Counted from the stretch's first letter, positions 12,816 to 25,469 are shown. The stretch is 64,000 bases of DNA from Callorhinchus milii (GCF_018977255.1 NW_024704743.1:105092001-105156000); one strand, 5' to 3'. A program made the numbers and translations. The notes: generated by a model not told the origin, from the sequence alone.

Positions 12816-13844
12816 GAGACACTCTTTTATCTCCATCCTGAGATGAGGTTGTTAAGATCACTCATAGCTGGTGACTCGTATTCCCTGTCCTGTTACCCAG
12901 CTGCACAGCTTTGCAACTTTCATTTGAAACACACGGAAGAAAACATATCACAATGGTGTATTTCTTCGATGAGTTATGATAAAGAGACAATGGACCTTGC
13001 AGAATGCAGCGTTTGTCTGGTAGGAAAATGTTGTTCCAGTTCTAACCACAGTTTCTCTATATGCCTAAAATCCCAGCAGACAGAACACAATTATAAGTCT
13101 TTGACTAGTACTGGCCTAATGCCCCTGAATCCAATACAGATATTTGTTCTATAAATTTCTGTAAAAATTTAGCTCAGTGCAGCTGCCTCAGTTGGAGGAG
13201 ATACACAAATACCCAATGTTTTCCAATGAATACTGGTAAACACAAGTAGAAACACTGATCGTATTCTTCTTACACCATTCACTCCTTTCTTTAATTTTGC
13301 CTGCATTTAAAATCTTAGTAAAGTTTGACAAGACACCACTGAGGTTGTTCAAGGAGCTGTAAAATTATATGTACTGGATGGGGTGGGGGTAAAACCATGC
13401 CTCTAAGGTCTAAATTGCAATATTAGCAAACGTCCATCAAGACTTGGGAATATCTGATCGCAAGATTTGTGACGAGATTCACCAACAGCCAAACACAAAT
13501 CCCAAAGTGTAAGGCTGGCAAGCAAAATGGACAACAAACTGCCCACTGGCTTTTTCCCTCTGCATTTTGCCAGTGTTGCACCTGTGATCCGTTGAACCAT
13601 GTGATTCTTGGCACAAATTATGGCGAATAATAATATTACTAATAATAAAAAGTGTGATTGATGTAGCTATCCCAAGTGATTGGGGTCAGACTTCAACACT
13701 GTGAAGTGCTCCGGGACACTACCCACCTGAAGGGAGCTATATAAATGCAAGTTGTTGTTATTGTTGATTACAATGGAACAAATAAGAAACGAGAGATTAG
13801 CAAATATATCGATCTATAACTTGAATGCGGACATAGCACACTCA

Positions 13845-14796
13845 ACCTCACTAAGCCAGTCAGGAACCTGGGTATCTTGTTTGACCCTGAACTGTCCTTC
13901 CTCAGCCACATCCACGCCATGACCAGCACTGCCTACCACAACCTCCGCAACATTGCCAGACTCCACCACTGCCTCACCCCTCAGGCTGCTGAAACTCTCG
14001 CCCACGCATTCGTCACATCAAGGCTCGATTATGGTAACTCCATCCTTATTGGCCTTCCCAATTCTTCCCTTCACAAGCTGCAGATCATCCAAAACTCTGC
14101 AGCTCGTGTACTCTCATGCACCAGGCTCCCCATCACGCCCACCCTCGCCCAACTCCACTGGCTCCCCATCCCTCAGAGGATTGAGTTCAAGATCCTTGTC
14201 CTCACTTTCAAGACCATCCATGGCCTTGCCCCTTCCTACCTCTCTGACCTGCTGACTCCCTACCAATCTGCCCGCTCCCTCCGTTCAGTGGGCTCCGGTC
14301 TGCTCCATGTCTCCCGCCCGACCCACCCTACAACAACAACAACAACAACAAGATTCCATTTATAAAGCACCTTTCACGTCAGGAGGACGTCCCAAGGCGC
14401 TGCACAGTTGGGTCATGACCCGAGCAGGGGGGAAATGGTCAGGGTGAGGGGAGGGATGGGAGGGAGCGAGAAGGGGGAAGAGAGTCGAGAGGGGAGCTGA
14501 AGGCTTGGTCAAAGAGAAACCCTACCATCGGTGCCCGGGCTTTCAGCCTCTCTGCTCCCACACTCTGGAATTCCATCCCACGGTCCCTTCGCCTTGCTTG
14601 CTCCCTTGCCTCCTTCAAGACCCGTCTCAAGACTCTTGTCTTCGATCATGACTTTGGTCGCCCTCCCATCTCTGTGCCTTCCCTCACCCTGACACCCCCC
14701 CTCCCCCTGCTCAGACCCCAACACCTGACTGTTCAGCGCTTTGGGAGGTCCTCCCAACGTGAAAGGCGCTCTATAAATGTAATGTTGTTGTTGTTG
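13845..14796 (+). mobile_element. L2-clade LINE (host), interrupted at 14332-14518 by an inverted L2 3' end
   Basis: ORF 13877-14365 (AFVTSRLDYGNS, LHWLPIPQRIEFKIL); reading resumes at 14519 with PTIGARAFSLSAPTLWNS; (TTG)n tail at about 14783-14796. Confidence 0.9.
14332..14518 (-). mobile_element. Nested L2 3' end with 7-bp target-site duplication ACCCTAC
   Basis: (AAC)n tail on the plus strand; ACCCTAC at 14325-14331 and 14519-14525. Confidence 0.85.
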
Positions 14797-15337
14797 ATAG
14801 GTGGCAGTATAAAACAAACATAGTTCCTATAATCATTGGTCCGACTGGGACTCCTAATAAGGCTTATTGTTAATCTTAATAAGACTTAAGAAATGGTTTG
14901 ACAAAATACCCGGTGAACAAAATATTAACCTCCTGCAAAAAATAGCTATTTCAGGAAGCTCAAACATACTAATAAAAGTAACATCTATTCATATGTAATG
15001 TGCAGTGTTCTTGGTCTGGCTGACCCATCAATAAAAAACACTGAGAAATCACCTCCACAGAGTGAGTTAAACTGTAATAACATAACACTAATAAATAATA
15101 ATGATAATACAAATCCTATAATTTCATGTAGAGAGCACCGTCCCAAAGAGCTTCACAGGATATATTGTAAAGTTGCAGTGACTGTGTTTTGTGGCTGGAC
15201 AAAATATGTGATATTTTAGACACACCACGGATACATTGATTGCTTTCTTTTAAAATCACATTGCCAAACCAATCATAAAGAAGTTCAAATGAAGATATAC
15301 TTGGTCTGCAATGCTCATGATCCTATTTACCTGGATG

Positions 15338-17467
15338 TCACAGAATCATAGAATTATACAGCACAGAAGAAGGCCATTCTACTGGTCGTGTCTGTGCCAG
15401 CTCTTTGAAAAGAGCTATCCAAATCAATCCCACTCTCCCGCTCGCTCCCAATAGCCCTACAAACTTGTCCTCCCCAATTTATCTACTTCTCCCTTAAAAG
15501 TTGTTATCGAATTGGCTTCCACTGTGGCCAAAAACAGCAGTGGTCCCAATTTTGACCACTGGAGGACACGACTGCACACATCCCTCCAGTCAAAAAATAC
15601 CTGTTCACCACCACCCTCTGCTTTCTGTCTCCCAACCAGTTCTCTATCTAAGCTTCCACTGTTGCTTTAATTCCGTGGGCTTCTATTTTGCTTACAAGTC
15701 TCTTATGTGGCACTTTATCAAATGCCTTTTGAAAATCAATATAAACTACATCAACTGCACTACCTGCATCCACCCTCTCTGTTACCTCATCAAAAAACTC
15801 TATCAGGTTTTTAGACATGATTTGTCTTTTAACAAATCCGTGTTAGCTGTCCTTTATTAACCCATATTTTTCTAAGTGAAAATTAATTTTGTTCCAGATT
15901 ATAGTTTCTAGAATAGTTTCCCCCACTACTGATGTTAGGCCGACTGGCCTGTACTTCCCAGATTTATCCATCTGCCCCTTTTTGGACAAGAGAGTAACAT
16001 TTGCAACCCTTCAGTCCTCTGACACTACCCCGGTGTCCAAGGAGGATTGAAAGATTGTGGCCAGAGCCTCCACGATTTCCACCCTTACTTCCCTCAGTAA
16101 GCTAGGATGCATACTGTTCGTACGGGTGACTTATCTTGCTTGAGCACTGTCAACCGTTTCAGTACTTCCTCTCGGTTTATTCTTATCTTATCCAATTTCT
16201 CTACCCTCTCCTCCGTTACCGTGGCATTGGCTGCATCCTCTTCTTTTGTGAAGACAGATGCAAAGTACTCATTCAGTACGTCAGCCATGCCCTCTGCCTC
16301 CACAAGAAGATTTCCTCTTTGTCCGTAATAGGCCCCACCCTACCTTTGACTAACCTTTTATTCTTTATATGCTTATAAAATACCTTAGGGTTCCCTTTTA
16401 TGTTAACCGCTAATCTTTTCTCATACAATCTCTTTGCCCCTCTTATTTCCTTTTTCAGTTCTCCTCTGTAATTTCTATATTCTATTTGATTATCTTCTGT
16501 ATTTTGGACCTGCCATTTATCATAAGCCTCCTTTTTCTGTTTTATTTTAATCACAATTTCCTTAGTCATCCAGGGAGGTTTGGATGCCCTACCTTTCCCC
16601 TTTTGTGGGAAAGTCTTTGTTTTGTCCCAGAACTATCTCCTCCTTGGACGCTTCCCATTGCTCGTTAGCTGTTTTACCTGCGGGTCTTTCTCTCCAGTCC
16701 ACATTGACTAGGTTCCTTTTTAACTCACTGAAATTAACCCTCTTCCAGTTGAGTATCTTCCCTTTTGATTGTCCCTTTCCATAACTTGGAGAGGACAAGT
16801 TTGCAGGGTTATGGGGAGAGAGCGGGTGGTGGGATTGAATTGGATAGCTCTTTCCAAAGAACCAGCACAAACAGAATGGGCCGAATGGCCTCCTTCTGCG
16901 TTGTATAATTCTTTGATTCTATGAAGTACTCTAAACCTAATGATGTTGTGATCACTGTTGTCCAGACGCTCTCCTACTGAAACCTGCTCCACTTACCCCA
17001 CTTCATTCCCCAGAACTGGATCCAGCTTCCTTCCTCATTGGGCTGGAAACATACTGATCCGTAAAGTTATCCTGCACACATTTCAGGAATCGTTCCCCCT
17101 CCTTGCTCTTTACAGTTATTTTGTCAGTCTCTGTGAGGATAATTGAAGTCCCTATTATCACTACTGTATTGGTTTTGCATATTTCTGAAATCTGCTTGCA
17201 GATTTGCTCGTCAATGTCCTTCCCCCAATTTGGTCGTCTATAGTATATACCTAACAAAGTAACAGCTTCTTTCCTGGTCTTTAACTCTAACCAAATAGAT
17301 TCTGGTTTTGGACCCTCTAGCACATCGCCCCTTTCCAGGGCCATAACCGTGTCTTTAATCAATATCGCCACTCGCCCCCTCTCCTTTGTTTCCTTCCCTA
17401 TACCTCCTGAATATATTGCAGCCAGGAATATTCAGTTCCCATTCCTGCCCTTGTTTGAGCCAGGTTA
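15338..17467 (-). mobile_element. CR1-clade LINE: endonuclease and RT fragments with internal deletions
   Basis: Minus-strand motifs GIYYRRPN, LDNSDHNIIRF, NIKGNPKVFYKHIK, LNEYFASVFTKE; 3' tail (attctatg-type repeat) at 15338. Confidence 0.9.
16786..16924 (+). mobile_element. CR1 3'-UTR fragment inserted in inverted orientation into the CR1 above
   Basis: gggccgaatggcctccttctgcgttgtataattctttgattctatga; splits the host reading HNIIRFRV|VMERDNQK. Confidence 0.8.
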
Positions 17468-17554
17468 CTAAAACCTTATTTTTGACTATAGTTGTGGTTC
17501 ATCACAGAGTAAGACAGCTCAACTTTGTCATGTTGACATGTCAAATGCATTAAC

Positions 17555-18246
17555 TCTTCTGATTGGCTCCCGTCAGCGCCTCCTCACCTCAGGCGCTGAC
17601 AGCATCACATCCATGGTTGCACACTCCACCTTGCTAAGCCAGTCCGGAACCTTGGGGTCGTGTTTGACCCTCAATTATCCTTTCTACACCACATCTACGC
17701 CATGACCCACTCTGCCTTCCCCCACCTCCACAACATCGCCCGGCTCTGCCACTGTCTCACAACGCAGACCACCGAATCCCTCATGCACGCCTTCATTACA
17801 TCGAGGCTCGACTATGCAAACTCATTGCTTGTCGGCCTCCCTCCCCAACTCCTCCCTCCACAGGCTGCAGATCATCCAGAACTCTGCAGCCCATGTCCTC
17901 CCGCACTAGGCTCCACGACCTTATCACCCCCATCCTTGCCCAACTCCTCTGGCTTCCCATCACACAGAGGATACAGTTCAAGATCCTTGTCCTCACCTTC
18001 AAAGTTCTCCATGGTCTTATTCCCCCTTACCTCTGCGAACTCCTACCTCCTACCATCCTGTTCTCTCCCTCCGCTCAGCAGGCTTCACGTCCCCAGCCTC
18101 ACTCACCCCACCATTGGCGGGCGGGCCTTCCATCACTCTGCCCCCACCCTCTGGAACTTCATCCCGCAGTCTCTCCACCTCGCCCCCTCCCTCACCACCT
18201 TCAAGACGTGAAAGGTGCTTTACAAATGTAATTTTGTTGTTGTTGT
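17555..18246 (+). mobile_element. L2-clade LINE 3' fragment
   Basis: HAFITSRLDYANSLLVGLP, LWLPITQRIQFKIL, APTLWNFIP; (TTG)n tail. Confidence 0.9.
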
Positions 18247-18414
18247 TAACATCTGCAGGACAATATGAATAGGCTTCCATAGACATACCAATTAGACAGC
18301 TAGGACTCTTCAGTCTTGATTGAAGATTTTTCAGAGAGGACCTTATAGAGGTAAATAAAATTTTTAATGGAATTGAAAAAGTCAAGCCAGAAGAATATTT
18401 TGGGGTGCACGATG

Positions 18415-19065
18415 ACATCAACAACTTGCACTTATATAACACCTCTACGAAGGATAGTGTCTCAGAGCGCTTAACAGTGGCGGAGCCGGTGGGGGAAGAG
18501 GTGGCCATAAGCAGGGTCGAAGAGGAAAGTTTTCAGACGGGACTTAAAAAAGGGGAGAGAGGGGGCAAGGCGGAGGGATTGAGGCAGAGTGTTCCAGAGT
18601 TTTGGGGCGTAGTGGCTGAAAGCACGACCTCCAATGGTGGGCAGAGGGTGCGAGGGATGAGCAGGAGGCTGGTGCCAGTCGAGGCACCAGGTGGTGGATT
18701 GGGGAGTGAGGCGGTCGGAGAGGTAGGGAGATGCCAGAGAGTGAAGGGATTTGAACATGTGTATAAGGATCTTGAAGTCGATACGTTTGGTGATGTGGAA
18801 CCAGTGGAATCTGGCCAGAACTGGTAAGATGTAGGTACAGAGTTTGGACCAGGTCAGTATGCGGGCGGCAGAGTTTGGAATGAGTTGATGGCTGGAGCTG
18901 GGGAGACCATCGAGGAATGCGTTGGAGTAATCCAAGCAGGAGGTGACAAACTCATGCACGAGGGTTTCGGCTGCATTTCGGGTGAGGTATGGTTGGAGGC
19001 GGGCAATGTGGCGGAGGTGGAAGAAGGTGCTCCTGGTCATTGTCCGGATGTGGGGGAGGAAGGAC
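18415..19065 (-). mobile_element. L2-clade LINE 3' fragment
   Basis: ORF 18471-19073 (FVTSCLDYSN, KRIDFKIL, APKLWNTLP, LKTFLFD). Confidence 0.9.
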
Positions 19066-19444
19066 AAGAACAAGAAATTGCCATTGCAATCTCGACATCT
19101 AACAGCTGTTACACCCTGATTGAAAATCTTTCTAATCGGGTCGCAGAGAATGGATATCTAATGCTTGCTTGCCAAATAGTGGCCTAAAATTAATTTAAAA
19201 GTAAAAATCTTTTTAAAAAAACGATTTGCGCAACTAGGAATCAGAAAACGTTTTCCTCACTCTATTAAAATCAAAGTCGGGGGCAATTCAGTTCTGAAAA
19301 GACATTTTCTGTATTATTCCTTTCATTTCCGAATTATTAGATAATTTTTTCAGTATTTCTAAACCCATTCCATTTCTTGATTTTTATATGTTTTCACAGT
19401 TCTTCTGTTTTTTGTACACTCTGTATCCTGTATAAATATAAAAA

Positions 19445-19995
19445 TGTATTGTAAATATTAATATTGTAAATATTAATATTAATAATTTATATGGTGGGGG
19501 TGCTTGTCACTTATATTTTATATGTTGGGGGTGAGTTCCTAACAGGACAAACGGCTCTTATATAGTTTTCCAAGCAGTTCCAGAGACACTAAGTCTAGGA
19601 GTGCCTCAGGAAAAAAGTTATTTTCTCTAGTTTAGAACCCATGGTGGTTAGCACGGGAAAATACCCACGTTTGTTTGAGGGGAGGAGCCTTATGCCTATA
19701 TAAAGAGAGGTCTTGGCTTATCTCGTGGTCGCTGGCCTTAAGCCCAACAATATTGTACGTGCCTGATTTGAGGGGGATTACCTCCAAGTCAAGATTGATT
19801 TTTATTATGTACTAATTTTAGTGAATTGCTGCCATTATCATAGTTTTTCGCAGATGAATTTTAATGTATCAGTTTCCAATGTTGTGTTTATTCTGAATCA
19901 TTGTGATCTAGAAGTTAATAAACATCCATTGTACCTGCTCAGTATTACCTCCGAGTCTCTGTTATGTCCTTGGGGGGGGAGGTAGAGAAAATACA
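19445..19995 (+). mobile_element. Possible solo LTR (ends uncertain)
   Basis: TGTATT...AATACA termini, TATATAAA at 19697, AATAAA at 19917; no target-site duplication found. Confidence 0.35.
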
Positions 19996-21987
19996 CTAAA
20001 ACAGGTAGTTGTTGTACTTTGTGACCTGGTAGTTGATAAGGCATCTTGATTGCAGGGGCAGTAAGCCAATTGGGAATGCCTGTTGTCGTGTGGCTCCAAA
20101 TAGTCAAATCCCTCAAGAGCAGGAATTTTGCATTCACGGAGTTAGAAGTTAATGCAGAGGCCACCCAGTACACTTTACGGTACTGACATTCACAGATTCA
20201 TAATAAAAATGTGAAACGCATGGAGAAATACAACAAAAACAACAACAAAATTACATTTATAGGTATCCTTCTGAAGTCAAACATTCATTCCTCAAGGCGA
20301 CTGGTAAAGTAGAAATGATTATTGTAATGGAGGAATGGAAAGACATGCCAAAGTGACTAAAACGGAGGGATCAGAGCAGAAGTTCTCTAGATGAATTGAA
20401 AATCAAAAAATAAGAACGGGGCAAGGAGAAAGAGAGACTCTAAGCACATGCTCATGATGATTAAGAAACAACATGGGGAGAGTGTGGGAGGGAATAAAAC
20501 CAAAGGCCGGTAGGGAAGGAAGTTAATGGAAGATATAGAGGAAATTGAAAATAACTAAAACAACATGCGAGGCAAGATTGTTAACAAATGAGTCAGGCTG
20601 ACAATATTTACACATGGGGGTGGGGGGAGAGCATGGCACAGACACAATGAACTGATGTTTCTAGTTTCTGCAATGTGCACATTTACCAGTAGATTCCCGA
20701 ACAATTTTTCTACATGTCCAATATTTTGTGCATAAGAGCAGAAAATGTATTTTCTCTATCTTGTGCTGACCTATAAGATGACTGTTTTAAATCATTTTAG
20801 TTTGCCAGATCATCTAAAAAAACTCAGCTCAAATCTTGTGCATATCTTCAGCCCTCCATCAGCTTGGAACCTGCTCCATTGTGTCATGTCCTTCATTCAA
20901 ACATTCAGTCTACAGTGATCCATTTAGCGATCTTGGTACATTTTAACTTTTTAACATTCGCAGGTTTGAGTATGATATTTACACCAACTATAACCCTAGC
21001 TGAATAAATTACCAGTTCTAATGGAGGCATGGATTGCAAAATTGTGCACTTAAAAGAAAATTACCCTCATTACTATACACTTCACAGAAAAGGCTCCTGT
21101 AGAAATGAATTGGGGAAATGCTAGTCTTTTGAGAACCTATCTATTTGAAAGGGGTATCTATTTAAGTGGAGTAAACTGAACAAGGCTTTCATTGATGGAT
21201 ACTTGGCTGTCACACTTTGCTCACCTAGGCTCTGAACTTCCTCTCAACCAAAAATAATTTCTGTAGCAAATAATTCACGTAAAACTACACAGCAGTAGAC
21301 AAAGACATGAACGTTTCCAAGAATACAATTTGGAGCACTCCATCCCATGCTATTTGCTATCTAAATTAGTTTTGTGCTGAGATGGCACTTATCTAATTCT
21401 ACAGAAACTGACAAAATAAACCATCTTCATTGGTGCTGTAGTCAAACTGGCTAGATTTGTGATTGGTCATTGGAAACAAACAGGAAATAAGATGGCTTCT
21501 TGGAGGAGCGAACACCAACAGAAATGGCTGAATGCTCTCCTACTGTGTTGCACATTGCTACAGGTTACTCTGATATTTATCACATTGAATCGATCAATCG
21601 ATCTCAGTGATAAAGTCGGACAATCTGGGTCTATTGCATTGGACTTCCGGCTCTTGGATCAGAAGATCATGAGATTGGGTCAATGAGGAACGCCCTTCAG
21701 CCCATCTGATTTTCATCCTTCCAGAATACCCACCTCCCATCACAGTATAAAGCTCTTTCTTAAACAAGTCCAGTGCTCTGGCCTAAACTAACCTTCTAGG
21801 CAATACGACTTTTGACTGCTGGTTAGTGGCATGTGCTTTTTGACTAAGCTGTTCTGTAGCTTGCAGGAAATCTGAGCATCTACTGGTGTGGATAAAACTG
21901 GCTACCCACACATTATCTCCACATGCCAGTTTGAAGAGTTTAATTCAAATGAGTAGGTAGATTTAGGACAGCTATAGTCCACATACT

Positions 21988-22187
21988 GGAGTCCTGTAGC
22001 TCAGTGGTTAGAGCACTCGCCTCGCAAGCAAGAGACCTGGGTTCGATTCCTGGCAGGGCGAAATGTTGGGCAAGTTTCCTTACTCCACACACCTCTGTTT
22101 ACCTAGCAGTAAGTAGGAACCCGGTTGTTAATCATTTCAATGACATGATAAGCGCAACATCAAATGTAAGGATTGTTATTATTATTT
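21988..22187 (+). mobile_element. tRNA-Ala-headed SINE, long-form 5' part with internal deletion
   Basis: ggagtcctgtagctcagtggttagagcac...ggttcgattcc head (A and B boxes), cctctgtttacctagcagtaagtagg block, SINE tail. Confidence 0.85.
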
Positions 22188-22363
22188 ACATCGCTAGCAG
22201 CACTCCTTCCTGAAATTTTCGTTCGATCAGCGGGTATCTACGGAAACTCAATCGCCATGCTTTAAGAGTAACTTTAGTTACAGCGCTGTCTAAACAAAGT
22301 TTTTGTTTTAAAATCGGAAAAGATGAAGTCTGAGGATTTTCAAAAGCACTCTATTCATCTTAC

Positions 22364-22476
22364 CTCATAATGATCCTCATCAGGTTCCTCAACGGTGGCG
22401 TCGTTTTTTCTCTCCAATCAACTCGTCTCTTTAAACCTTACATCCCAGCTTCCTAGGAATCTTGTGTCTCATTTTC
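22364..22476 (-). other. Candidate non-coding (5' UTR) exon of the minus-strand gene
   Basis: Acceptor attcattttccttag|G (alternative acceptor giving start 22452), donor GAG|gtaaga; stops in all three frames; CpG-containing unique sequence. Confidence 0.4.
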
Positions 22477-22599
22477 CTAAGGAAAATGAATCATTCACAA
22501 TAAATGATCACAATAATAATAATAATCTTTGCATCTGATTTAGTACCTTATCGAGTGGTTGAATATTTGCAGCGTTTCACAGGATTTACTGCAAAATGT

Positions 22600-23219
22600 A
22601 GTGGCCTTGGCGTCTTGTTTGATCCTCAACCATCCTTTCTACCCCACATCCTTGCTATGTCTCGCTCTGCCATCCCCCACCTCCGCAACATTGCCTACAT
22701 AAGCTGCAGATCATCCAGAACTCTGCAGCTCGTGTCCTCTCCTGCACCAGCCTCCACAACCCTATCAGCCCCATCCTCACCCGACTCCACTGGCTTCCCA
22801 TAACACAAAGAATACAGTTCAAGATCCTGTGCCTCACCTTCAAAGCCCTCCATGGTCTTGCTACCCCCTACTTCTGCGACCTCCTAATCCCTACCAACCT
22901 GCCCGCTCCCTCTGCTCAGCAGGTTCTGGCTTGCTTCATGTCCCCCGCCTCGCCTGCCCCACCATTGGTGGGTGGGCTTTCAGCCACTCTGCCCCCACCC
23001 TCTGGAACTCCATTCTGCAATCCCTCCGCTTCCTCCGCTCTCTTACCTCCTTCAAGACCCGACTCAAGACCCTCCTCTTCTACAGTGCCTTCGGTCCCCC
23101 TCCATCCCCCCCCCCACCTTTCCCGATCTCCAGCTCGGATCCGAAACACTGATTGTCCAGTGCCTTGGGACATCCTCCCAACACAAAAGGCTATACAAAT
23201 GTAATGTTGTTGTTGTTGT
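22600..23219 (+). mobile_element. L2-clade LINE 3' fragment
   Basis: LGVLFDPQ, PTIGGWAFSHSAPTLWNS, FKTRLKTLLF; (TTG)n tail. Confidence 0.9.
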
Positions 23220-23224
23220 AGCGA

Positions 23225-23540
23225 GTGTATTTACAGGTGAACACAGCAGCTAATTTACACATAGAAATAGCCCACAAACAGCAATAAAATGAATGAGCCA
23301 TTTTATCTGGAGGATTAATGGCCAGGAGACCAGTGGAAATTATGGGTTCTTTAACATCCATTGAACGAGCAGACGAGACCCCCGTTTAACATCTCATCCG
23401 AAGGATGGCACCTCCAACAATACAGTGCTCTCCCAGCACTGAGCTGGGGTCTCAGTCCCGAGTGAGCTGAAACGTGAGTTTTGAACCCATTGCCTTCTGA
23501 CTTGGAGATGAGAGTGCTAAAAACTAAGCCAGGCTGACAC
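23225..23540 (-). mobile_element. Deu-domain SINE
   Basis: cgtttaacatctcatccgaaggatggcacctccaacaatacagtg core and tRNA-like head remnant (gagtgcta...ctaagccaggc). Confidence 0.8.
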
Positions 23541-24383
23541 AATAGAACTGTTCATGAAGCGGGTGGTTACTATAGACTTACTTGGAGATGAACTGTTGAG
23601 ATCGTCAAGATAAGGGACTTATTTTTACCCCGTTGGCACTCAGACCCAAAATTGAACATTCAGTACAGGGTTAGAAATTCCACCCGAGTCCACTATTACT
23701 TTATTTACGTACCATTTCAGAGTGTGCTGAACTTGAAATTTTGCGTTGACTTCAGTCTCAACTTTGAAGCTGATTGTCTGTAAAATAAAAGAAAAAGTTT
23801 CAAAGTTAAAGCCATATTTAAGAATTTGTCAAATTCCGAATGCTCCTAGATACTAAACAAAACACAGTAAATCCAAACTTGTGTGGAATTTCTATCCCTT
23901 CAGGTTAGTAATAATAATAATAATCCTTGCATTTGATATTATTTACAAGGCGGTGGGTGAATTGCTTGTACCTCGCCCTCTTGTGGAGATGGGCTAAAAT
24001 ACTAAGCAAGAGTTCAGACTGTTCTCTGGCATTGCTTTTAAAAGAGGGAAGGAGGAAGGATTTGCAAAGGTCCCAATGAGTCACAGAAGTTTCCCACCCA
24101 AATGGAGGTTGCTGGAAAGAGGAGGGGTGGTGGGGGCTCAGCCCAGTTCTTAATTGGAGAAAGATTTTTGAACACAAAGAGCGACAGAAAACTGGGTCAA
24201 CACAGGAGTATGTTGGAACAACCTGTTCAACACATCCACAACCTGAGGATCCTCCAAAAAGGCACTTTCCAGAGTTTCAATGACTTTCAATAACTTTCTC
24301 TTGCACATAAAACAATCACAAAGAGATAAGAGGGACTTCGAGCGACTGCTCCCACACCCAGTGCCCGTTTACACACCAGTTAC

Positions 24384-24639
24384 CTGTCGAGTTAAGCGGT
24401 CCTGGATCTGAGGTTAACTTAAGAAGGAATCGTGTGCACCAATTCAGGCTGAATAAACTTGAGATACGCGCAACGTTTTCTTTCCATGGTCAGTTGTGTG
24501 TTTCCTATTGCAGATGGGATGTCTGTCTCTCGCTCCGTGTAGCTGCTGGACTTGAGACATTCCCACGTTAGGTTCCCAGGACGCAGACTGAAACTGGAAC
24601 TTGCCGCACAGCTCAGGGTCTGGGCGGTTTGGCAAGTTC
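24384..24639 (-). other. Candidate non-coding exon or CpG-rich first-exon region
   Basis: Acceptor ctttcctcctggcag|G, donor CAG|gtaact; local CpG enrichment against a CpG-poor background; no frame open throughout. Confidence 0.35.
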
Positions 24640-25469
24640 CTGCCAGGAGGAAAGTGCAGCCACTCACTCTCTCTAACCAGCCTGAGCTCCTTGTCTCTGA
24701 GGCTCAGCCTCTGTGTCCCTGACCTTGTCTTTCAGTTTCCCCCCCTGTCTTCACACAGTTCTGTCCCCATTCCTTTCCAGCCCCTTGTCCCTCACACTCC
24801 CTGTGCTTATCCTGGTGTCTCAGTCCCAGACTCTTGACTATCCTTCACGTTCCAGTCTCTTTCCCTGACAGTCTGTGAATCTATCTTACAGACTCTCCTA
24901 TCACCCAAGTTCTCTGTTCTTCTCTCCAGGCTCTCTGCTCTGTTGGTGTTCCTGTCCCAAGGCTTCCTATCAGTGACTTCCAAATTCTCCTCTCTGGGAC
25001 TCCAGCCTCTCCACGTTCATGTCTTTCTGTTGTGTGCTCCCCCCTTGTCTTGGAAATATTGCTGTTGTCCTCTGCAACCTCACCTATATATAACTTTATA
25101 TCTCACTGCCTAACTTTTCTGAGTTCCTCTCTGTGTTTGTTTCTTGTCCTTTCTATGATTGTACCTATTTTCCTGTGACTATCCGCCCTGTGACTGATTG
25201 ATTGACTGTCTTCTCTCTTTCTTTCTCTCCTTTTTTATTTCTGCCACTGCCCCTGTATGGCTGGTCTGCTTTTTTTTTAGCCTCTTCCCCACACCCCCTT
25301 TACTAGAAATAAGACAAACATTAGTCATTTCCCCAAACTGCACCTACACCAACCACAATAAAACAAATGTCTGCATCCAGCAAAAGGCACAGGTAGTAAA
25401 GGTGTTTGAACTCACTGTGCTCCTGCAGAAGTTGTCCTGGGATGTGGTTTGTTTTGCAGAAGAACTTAC

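Noticed and set aside
21225..21260. 36-nt minus-strand micro-exon candidate (tttgctacag ... gtgagc)
   Set aside because: Splice signals are plausible but it is too short to support without transcript data
25401..25420. CACTGTG heptamer as a V(D)J recombination signal
   Set aside because: No nonamer at 12- or 23-bp spacing and no V, D or J coding segment nearby
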